Source: Candidatus Bathyarchaeia archaeon | Lineage (GTDB): Archaea > Thermoproteota > Bathyarchaeia > Bathyarchaeales > DTEX01 | DNA length: 63,611 bases | Direction: 5' to 3' | Assembly: GCA_038820405.1 (NCBI GenBank) | Contig: JAWAXL010000002.1 | Span: forward strand, 1-63,611 | Position numbers and translations under genes: made by a program | In this document: piece by piece, positions 56,622 through 63,611 of the stretch | How positions within the stretch are numbered: position 1 is the first letter of the stretch | How the letters are laid out: the number at the start of each line of letters is the position of its first letter | The notes under the pieces: generated by a model | What the model was told of the DNA's origin: nothing | Database searches by the model: none | What the model saw: the letters and a program-made list of their open reading frames with translations, nothing else

Positions 56622-57542
56622 ATGGACATTGGTAATGAAAAGTTTATAGCAGTAGCTTCTTCTGAGGGAGTAACCGTATATTGTCCGAGGGAGGGCAGGT
56701 TCTCCTTCTTCAACAGCCCATACCCAGCGCATAAAGCCCACGCAGCCATAGACATATACCCAAATAGAAACTATGGTTCAATAGCACCATCTCCAGTATA
56801 CGGAGAGGTCAAAGAGATTCGAAAAGTTGCCTGTCCAGAGAAAAGTAACTTTAAAAGCTCAGATTATGACTATGTCATCCTGATACAGAGCCAAGAAAAT
56901 CCGAAAAGGTGGATTAAAATATTACATTTGGAGCCGCATGTGAGGGTAAGTGATACCATTAATGTTGGAGACGAGTTGGGGATTCTTTTAAGATCTGGCT
57001 TCTTTGATTACTGGACTGATCCACATATTCATGTCGAAATAAGAGACCCACACGATCCAATCCGAGCTAGAGGTGGATTTAAACTAGAGAGACTCTTCCT
57101 TAATCTTAACAAAGAAAATGGTATGATGGAAGAACTACGTGGTATAATTATTAGGTTACAAACGGAGTATGCTCTGATGCTTTTGGATGAAGATTTAAGG
57201 TTTGGAGTACCTGTTAAAGTATGTGGAAGAATGGGGCTAATCGATGGGGGCATTCCACACTATGGTTTCTTCGGAGTTCACGTAAACCATGAAAATAAAG
57301 TTCAACCAGGCAGTCTGGTTGAACTCTGCAATATAAAAATTGGTATTATTGAGCAGGTTTACCCTGATGCATATATTGCACGGTGCCTTAAAAATATCTT
57401 TAGAGTGAAGAATGAGCCAGTAAAGATATCATTTTATCTCTATTCATCAAAGCCTTTAGTAAAAATCATCCTAAATAAGCCTGATAAACCAAAATTAGAG
57501 GAATTTGAGGAAGTTTCAGTAACAATTCTTGGTCAGCAATAG
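56622..57542 (+). CDS. M23/LytM-like metallopeptidase-domain protein, no signal peptide
   Basis: HxxxD (HAAID) followed by ILHLEPHVRVSDTINVGDELG...DPHIHVEIRD (HxH) in the M23 order. The C-terminal ~150 aa are unassigned. Confidence 0.5.
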   Translation: MDIGNEKFIAVASSEGVTVYCPREGRFSFFNSPYPAHKAHAAIDIYPNRNYGSIAPSPVYGEVKEIRKVACPEKSNFKSSDYDYVILIQSQENPKRWIKILHLEPHVRVSDTINVGDELGILLRSGFFDYWTDPHIHVEIRDPHDPIRARGGFKLERLFLNLNKENGMMEELRGIIIRLQTEYALMLLDEDLRFGVPVKVCGRMGLIDGGIPHYGFFGVHVNHENKVQPGSLVELCNIKIGIIEQVYPDAYIARCLKNIFRVKNEPVKISFYLYSSKPLVKIILNKPDKPKLEEFEEVSVTILGQQ

Positions 57543-57628
57543 TAGCGATATATATAGTAATTAATTTTTATTGACCAAAAGATATTTTACTTGATGTATA
57601 CTCTATTTAAATGGTTGAAGGTAAGATT

Positions 57629-57838
57629 ATGCCCTACTGTCCAGAATGTGGAGGCGAGATGCTTTATAGTAGTCAACTGAGGCAGTACATATGTAAAAGC
57701 TGTGGTCTCTCATTAACTTTACAGGAAATAATTGAACTTAGAGAAAAATTGAGGAGAAACCAAGAGATTGAGGAGGACGAGAGGAAAAGATTTAGGAAAG
57801 AGTATTTGCAATGGTGGCTCTCAAAGAAAAGTAATTAA
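57629..57838 (+). CDS. Zinc-ribbon protein with charged C-terminal helix
   Basis: MPYCPECGGEM...YICKSCGLSL followed by a lysine/glutamate-rich helix. The ATG at 57629 is preferred to the upstream start. Confidence 0.5.
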   Translation: MPYCPECGGEMLYSSQLRQYICKSCGLSLTLQEIIELREKLRRNQEIEEDERKRFRKEYLQWWLSKKSN

Positions 57839-57840
57839 AT

Positions 57841-58719
57841 CTATATACCTTCATCATATTTTTCTGTATCATCTTTTGGATAGGAGCCTAAAATCTTAAC
57901 GAAAAGAGCATTAGCCTTCAATCCTTCAAGCGCCTCAATACACCTAGCTTCAGTTCTATGCCCCTCAAAATCTAGATAGAAATTGTACTCCCACGGCCTC
58001 TGCCTAGTTGGTCTTGACTCTATTTTAGTTAAGTTTATCCCTCTTAACGCAAACTCCCCCAAAGCCCTATAAAGTGCCCCTGGAACATGTTTAGTTGAAA
58101 AAATTATTGATGTTTTATCGTTTCCAGTCGGCGGAACATCAAAAGTCGATAGAACAAAAAACCTTGTGTAATTATTTTTGTTATCGGCTATATCCTTCGC
58201 GAGGATGTTCATGCCATAGATTTCTGCGCATCTTTCACTTGCTATTGCGGCAGCATCAAGCATCTTACGTTCTTTAATCATCTTAACGCTTCCAGCAGTA
58301 TCATAAGTGGAGATCAGCTCACATCCAAGCTTCTCAAGGAAGTTTCTGCATTGTCCAAGCGCCTGTGGATGTGAGAAAATAACTCTAATAGAGTTTAAGT
58401 TAACATCAGGATTGGCTATTAAACAATGAACTATTCTTAAAATCACCTCTCCACAAACTTTAACATCATGTTCAAGGAATAGATCATAAACTTGTGTTAC
58501 ACTACCCTCAAGAGAATTTTCCACCGGGACAACACCAAATTCTGTTTTGCCACTCTCGACGCACATAAATACATCAGAGAAACGCTTACATGGAACCAGA
58601 TAAACATTCCATCCAAAGAACTTATAAATGGCACTCTCACTATAAGCTCCTATCTCCCCTTGAAAGGCTACCTTAACAGGTTCCCTAAGATTTTTAATCA
58701 AATTAATGCGCATACTCAT
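57841..58719 (-). CDS. pheA: Prephenate dehydratase (PDT + ACT domains)
   Basis: VAFQGEIGAYSE...VPVENSLEGSV...TRF, then C-terminal ACT (TSIIFSTKHVPGALYRALGEFALRGINLTKIESRP). Confidence 0.9.
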   Translation of the reverse strand: MSMRINLIKNLREPVKVAFQGEIGAYSESAIYKFFGWNVYLVPCKRFSDVFMCVESGKTEFGVVPVENSLEGSVTQVYDLFLEHDVKVCGEVILRIVHCLIANPDVNLNSIRVIFSHPQALGQCRNFLEKLGCELISTYDTAGSVKMIKERKMLDAAAIASERCAEIYGMNILAKDIADNKNNYTRFFVLSTFDVPPTGNDKTSIIFSTKHVPGALYRALGEFALRGINLTKIESRPTRQRPWEYNFYLDFEGHRTEARCIEALEGLKANALFVKILGSYPKDDTEKYDEGI

Positions 58720-58894
58720 TACTTCGCCTCAATTATGTAGCAAACCCAAAAGAATAAAAGTTTATGACAATATAAGCATTTTTAATTACGTGAAAGTTAA
58801 CCATGCAACTTAAGAAGATTTTATACTAAAAAGATTTAAATCGATCTTAATCTATGTCTATTTAGTCTAGATAAAGTATAATGAGGAACGCGTA

Positions 58895-59395
58895 TTGGCT
58901 TATAAATATATGGGTAAGGTCTGGAGAAAGCCATATGAGTCTTATATAGCTGAGATTATGCGCCAAAGAGTTATTGGGTGGCGTAGAGAACTATCCATAA
59001 TTAGAATTGAAAAGCCGACGAGGATCGATAGGGCTAGAAGGCTTGGTTATAAGGATAAGCCTGGATTTATTGTTGTGCGTGTTAGAGTTAAGAAGAGCGG
59101 TTTCAGAAAAGAAAGACCAGTCTCAGGTAGGAGACCTAAAGCTATGGGTGTAACAAAATACAAGTTGTCTAAAAGTCTAAGATTGATAGCTGAGGAAAGG
59201 GCCGCCAGAAAATTCCCAAATCTTGAGGTCCTAAACTCTTATTGGGTTTGGGAGGATGGACGTTATAAATGGTTTGAGGTAATAATGGTTGACAGAAGAC
59301 TCCAGCCAGATGTCCCGCTTGGAAAGGGTAGGGGCAGGGTTTTCAGAGGATTAACAAGCACTGGAAGGAGAGTCCGTGGCTTACTTGCCAAATAA
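58895..59395 (+). CDS. rpl15e: 50S ribosomal protein L15e
   Basis: AYKYMGKVWRKP...RIEKPTRIDRARRLGYKDKPGFIVVRVRVKKSGFRKERP. TTG start in the track; an ATG lies 5 codons downstream. Confidence 0.92.
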   Translation: MAYKYMGKVWRKPYESYIAEIMRQRVIGWRRELSIIRIEKPTRIDRARRLGYKDKPGFIVVRVRVKKSGFRKERPVSGRRPKAMGVTKYKLSKSLRLIAEERAARKFPNLEVLNSYWVWEDGRYKWFEVIMVDRRLQPDVPLGKGRGRVFRGLTSTGRRVRGLLAK

Positions 59396-59413
59396 AACAA
59401 AAGCTCAATAATC

Positions 59414-59971
59414 TTAGGGGAGAAATACTGCGGCGGCTATAACTGTTGTCCAAAGACCATCCTTATGTCCTTCAGCTGATTGGCATATATGCGTTGTTTT
59501 AAAGATCTTGCCACTGGCTTTATACACTTTCTTTCTCTCATCCCAAGCTTTCTCAGGATCAAACTCTATTCCAAGGCTCGTGGCAAGCATGGTTGCAGCA
59601 AGATCCTCAGCATACTCACCAGCCCTTTTTGCGGTCTCTCCAAAGGAATGATGTTCAGATAGATAACCATATCCATTATCTTTTGGTATAGCTAATCCGA
59701 TTGCCGCTGCGATCAGACGGTTTGGTTCATTAGTTTCATTTTTTGCCATAACTACATAAGTTATCTGGCCAGGCTTTAAGAGATTGAGCCCTTCTTCCCT
59801 TGAGATTATCTTACAGCCTGGCGGGAATATACTTGATATACAAACTAAATTGCATTTTTCTATTCCAGCGTCCCTTAATGCTAGCTCATAAGATATTAAC
59901 TTGTCCTTATGCACTCCAACACCCTTCGTAAAGAACATTTTTGTTGGGATTATGCTCATCTTTGCGATCAT
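59414..59971 (-). CDS. pdaD: Pyruvoyl-dependent arginine decarboxylase
   Basis: [43 protein letters not shown] (self-cleavage ISS motif). 185 aa. Confidence 0.88.
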   Translation of the reverse strand: MIAKMSIIPTKMFFTKGVGVHKDKLISYELALRDAGIEKCNLVCISSIFPPGCKIISREEGLNLLKPGQITYVVMAKNETNEPNRLIAAAIGLAIPKDNGYGYLSEHHSFGETAKRAGEYAEDLAATMLATSLGIEFDPEKAWDERKKVYKASGKIFKTTHICQSAEGHKDGLWTTVIAAAVFLP

Positions 59972-60133
59972 GAAACATTGAAATAATCTTCACCTTTAAA
60001 CTTTTCTAACAAAAATGCTAAATAAAAAATGCCGCCAATCTAGAAAATAAATAAAAATTAGCCTTTTTCAAAGATAAGCTTACAAAAAGTTTAAAATCCT
60101 TTGTTCTTACTATTAGTGTAATATTTTGGGGAT

Positions 60134-60358
60134 ATGAAAAGAATAATGAATGCAAAAATTACCGCAATGATTTACAGTAAGGGTAAAAGGCGTGCTGGCA
60201 AAGGCTTCAGCATAGAAGAACTTAAAGTAGTCAATTTAACTCCTGAAAAAGCATTAAAACTTAGGATACCAATCGATAGAAGAAGAAAGACTAGATATGA
60301 AGAGAATATAAAGACTTTAAAGAGATATCTTTCAAATAGAGATGGCGATAAAACTTAA
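60134..60358 (+). CDS. rpl13e: 50S ribosomal protein L13e
   Basis: KGKRRAGKGFSIEELKVVNLTPEKALKLRIPIDRRRKTRYEENIKTLKRYL. The family is restricted to some (mostly cren/TACK) archaea. Confidence 0.75.
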   Translation: MKRIMNAKITAMIYSKGKRRAGKGFSIEELKVVNLTPEKALKLRIPIDRRRKTRYEENIKTLKRYLSNRDGDKT

Positions 60359-60398
60359 AGTGATAAAAATATGAGAAATTAATATAGAGGATTGCAGA

Positions 60399-60839
60399 AT
60401 GGAGTGCAGGATAGCATATATAGACTTAAGCTTTTTCGCGCATGCAACAGAAGATCAAGAAAAAGTTCTTACAGCCGCCAAAAACTTATTCCCGCAAAGC
60501 TACGTGGATAAAGTATCATTTAGCAGGAGTAAGCTTACTGGTGAGTATGGTAATCCAATAATCTTTTTTAAAGCCCAGATAAGGGAGCCGGAGATGGTTG
60601 AGTCACTGCTACTCAATATATCAGCAAATCTCCCGCTCATTGATAAGGAGGATATTAGTAAACACTTAGATTTACATTTAGACGGAGGTAGCCTCTATCT
60701 TAGACTTGATAAACAGGAAGCTTACAGAGGAAGATTTAAGCTTTGCAGAGCTGATCCAATAAGAATACATGTAAAATTTAAAATGTCAAAGATTGAAGAG
60801 ATTAAAGAGGCTTGTCAGGCAATAGGGCTTATTCCATGA
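60399..60839 (+). CDS. DUF54/COG1325 RNA-binding protein (predicted exosome-associated subunit)
   Basis: IAYIDLSFFAHATEDQEKVL N-terminus is typical of the family. ATGA overlap with rnp3. Conserved position upstream of the RNase P subunits. Confidence 0.65.
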   Translation: MECRIAYIDLSFFAHATEDQEKVLTAAKNLFPQSYVDKVSFSRSKLTGEYGNPIIFFKAQIREPEMVESLLLNISANLPLIDKEDISKHLDLHLDGGSLYLRLDKQEAYRGRFKLCRADPIRIHVKFKMSKIEEIKEACQAIGLIP

Positions 60840-61564
60840 GGAAAGTATTCGTCGATCTACATTTACGTCCAAATTTAGAGCAAATAGACGATTCAAAGTA
60901 TCTAATAGAGAGAGCAAATGCACTTGGTTATAATGTTATTGGAATATCCCTCCCAATAGGCGGAGGTGAAGAAACCATTAAAACCTTACGAAGAGAGTTT
61001 CCCCATATAGATTTAGTCGCGAGGGTAAATTTATCACCAAAAAATACGAGAGAATTATTAAAGCTCTTGAACAAGACTAGATGGAGGTTTGAGGTTATAG
61101 CCGTAGAATGCACTACTAAAGAAGTTACAATGCAGGCTGCGAAGGATTGGAGGGTTGATCTACTTACACTTACATCATATGATCCCACAGAACATTTCTT
61201 CGGGATTTCTGAGGCTAAGCTTGCTTCTGAGAAGAACGCTGCTTTAGAGATTAATATGTCTATATTGCTTTATTCGAAAGGTCAGATTAGAATCAACCTT
61301 TTCAAAGTTTTGCGAAGAAGCATCTTGACAGCTAAAAAATATGATGTGCCAATAGTAATTTCAAGTGGGGCAAGCAAACCCTCTATGATTAGGAGGCCTG
61401 AAGACTATGCTTTCCTAGCTTATCTCATTGACTTAGATCTTCATAACGCTAAAAAGGCTCTCTCAGAAAACCCGAGGGCAATAGTTGAGCGGAATAGAAG
61501 GAAGCTAAGCGGTAATTATGTATGTCCAGGGGTTTATATCGTAAGGAGGGGTGAGAACTGCTAA
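60836..61564 (+). CDS. rnp3: RNase P protein component 3 (Rpp30 family)
   Basis: MRKVFVDLHLRP... TIM-barrel/PHP-like, with ...VISSGA... The start is set at the ATG overlapping the upstream stop. Confidence 0.85.
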   Translation: MRKVFVDLHLRPNLEQIDDSKYLIERANALGYNVIGISLPIGGGEETIKTLRREFPHIDLVARVNLSPKNTRELLKLLNKTRWRFEVIAVECTTKEVTMQAAKDWRVDLLTLTSYDPTEHFFGISEAKLASEKNAALEINMSILLYSKGQIRINLFKVLRRSILTAKKYDVPIVISSGASKPSMIRRPEDYAFLAYLIDLDLHNAKKALSENPRAIVERNRRKLSGNYVCPGVYIVRRGENC

Positions 61565-61587
61565 CAAGGGCTAGGCGCCGGTACATA

Positions 61588-61896
61588 TTGGTTAAGATTG
61601 ATTCTGAGAAAATTCCATGCAAAAAAGACTTTGAGCACACGTTATGGTATAATATTATTAGATTATTTGGCGAGTATGGCGCCAGCCTAGCAGATTTATC
61701 CCTCATTGAATACAATCAAGAGATAGGTTATGCCATAATTCGTTGTTCTCACATAGCGCTTCCAATGGTTCGAGCGACTATAGCGGCGATTACAAAGATT
61801 AATAATAAAGAGACAGTAGTTCACACCATCTCAGCTTCAGGAACATTAAAGGCGCTGAAAAAAAGGATAATAATTTTTGGGAGCAAAGAGAAATAA
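61588..61896 (+). CDS. rnp2: RNase P protein component 2 (Pop5 family)
   Basis: LWYNIIRLFGEYGASLADLSLIEYN...GYAIIRCSHIALPMVRATIA. The conserved upstream residues RRRYILV are in frame, but the only start is TTG at 61588, so the start is uncertain. Confidence 0.8.
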   Translation: MVKIDSEKIPCKKDFEHTLWYNIIRLFGEYGASLADLSLIEYNQEIGYAIIRCSHIALPMVRATIAAITKINNKETVVHTISASGTLKALKKRIIIFGSKEK

Positions 61897-61951
61897 ACTT
61901 ACCCTCTTATGTTTTTACGTAATTAAAGCACATTTAATTGGTGATGATAGA

Positions 61952-62647
61952 ATGAAAAAATTTCAGGTAATTAATAAGGAGATCGTAAGGGAATTCATGT
62001 TGCTTTATGTTCTCGCGAAGATGGGTGCGCATCATGAACCAGTAAAGATTTCTACAACAAAATTTTCTAAGAAAACTGGTTTATCCCAACAAAGCATATC
62101 TAGATATCTAATAGCCCTTGAGAAAAAGGGATTTATACACCGTATAATAAGTAGAGATGGAAGCCTAATTAGGATCTCCAAAGCTGGAGAAAACCTTCTT
62201 AGAAACGTTTATCTTGACTTGAGCACAATTTTTGCAGGTAAACCACGCTCCATAACAATTAAGGGAGAAGTTTTCAGCGGGCTTGGTGAGGGCGCATACT
62301 ATATATCGCAAGAAGGGTATAAAAAACAATTTATAGAAAAGTTGGGTTTTGATCCTTATCCTGGAACATTAAACCTTAAGATATCTAATGGAAAAGGTTT
62401 AATGTTAAGGACTATATTAGATGTGCATCTAGGAATAAATATTAAAGGTTTTAGGAATAAAAATAGAACATTTGGCTCTGTAAAATGCTTTTTGGCTACG
62501 ATTAATGACTATGAAAGGGGTGCCGTGGTCCTTGCGGAGAGAAGTCACTATAGCGAAGATGTATTAGAAATTATAGCGCCAGTGTGTCTTAGGGAAAAAT
62601 TAGGATTAAAAGACGGGGACGAGGTTAAAGTAGAGATCTTTATTTAA
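61952..62647 (+). CDS. ribK: wHTH-fused CTP-dependent riboflavin kinase (RbkR-type)
   Basis: N-terminal wHTH (TGLSQQSISRYLIALEKKGFI) plus archaeal RibK core GEVFSGLGEGAYYIS...LGFDPYPGTLNL. The start is set at the ATG at 61952. Confidence 0.8.
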   Translation: MKKFQVINKEIVREFMLLYVLAKMGAHHEPVKISTTKFSKKTGLSQQSISRYLIALEKKGFIHRIISRDGSLIRISKAGENLLRNVYLDLSTIFAGKPRSITIKGEVFSGLGEGAYYISQEGYKKQFIEKLGFDPYPGTLNLKISNGKGLMLRTILDVHLGINIKGFRNKNRTFGSVKCFLATINDYERGAVVLAERSHYSEDVLEIIAPVCLREKLGLKDGDEVKVEIFI

Positions 62648-62669
62648 TGTGGGTAAAAATTTAAAATTC

Positions 62670-62906
62670 TCATCTTTTAACTAATTGTACAAGACGTTTA
62701 CCTTTGGTTAAGGATGACACTAGAATTAGACCAGCTATCTCCATTTTCATCAATACTTTATTCAATTCATTAAAGCTAATATCCCTATATCCAGAGGTAC
62801 TCTTTAGCATCTCAAGAAGCTCCACATCCACTATAGAACCCTTCTTCTCAAGAATTTCAAGTATAATTATATGAAGAGGTTGGACCCTCCACATTTTCGT
62901 CGCCAT
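62670..62906 (-). CDS. Small hypothetical winged-helix-like protein
   Basis: IIILEILEKKGSIVDVELLEMLK...LNKVLMKMEIAGLILVS. No family assigned. Confidence 0.4.
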   Translation of the reverse strand: MATKMWRVQPLHIIILEILEKKGSIVDVELLEMLKSTSGYRDISFNELNKVLMKMEIAGLILVSSLTKGKRLVQLVKR

Positions 62907-62930
62907 TTTTCACCTAACCACGTGGCACTC

Positions 62931-63611
<681 letters not shown>

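Overview
Archaeal chromosomal segment with a TACK/Thermoproteota-like gene repertoire: r-proteins L13e, L39e, L31e and LX, the exosome/proteasome superoperon, RNase P protein subunits, a two-intron tRNA and an unsplit rpoA. About two thirds is conserved information-processing content: rpoB-rpoA-rpl30e-nusA-rps12; ftsY-pfdA-rplX-eif6-rpl31e-rpl39e-PDCD5-rps19e-rnp4-pcc1-Brix-rpl37ae-rrp42-rrp41-rrp4-SBDS-psmA; and rpl15e, rpl13e, rnp3, rnp2. The most unusual block is 26.1-42.0 kb, a metal and hydrogenase island: nikR, dtxR-feoAB, hypDCF, a seven-gene [NiFe]-hydrogenase operon, hycI and ECF ATPase/T genes. In that operon a group-4 (Ech/FHL-type) catalytic module (HycB-like ferredoxin, NuoC-like, large subunit, NuoB-like small subunit fused to a 2x[4Fe-4S] domain) is interleaved with two HdrB-like CCG proteins and one HdrC-like protein. 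No membrane subunit, HdrA or Mvh partner lies in or next to it. I consider this the best candidate for an undescribed system. Other points: an archaeosortase next to a single PEF-CTERM-type surface protein; a tRNA-Val(GAC) with two bulge-helix-bulge introns; one well-formed and one weak C/D box sRNA candidate; a perfect operator-like palindrome upstream of dtxR-feoAB; three multiply frameshifted genes (YhbY-like, LysE-like, GalT-like); rpl39e, hand-found because the ORF track missed it; and a break of the rps12-rps7 operon by an orphan gene. All calls rest on reading the translations and sequence by eye. No database search was run.
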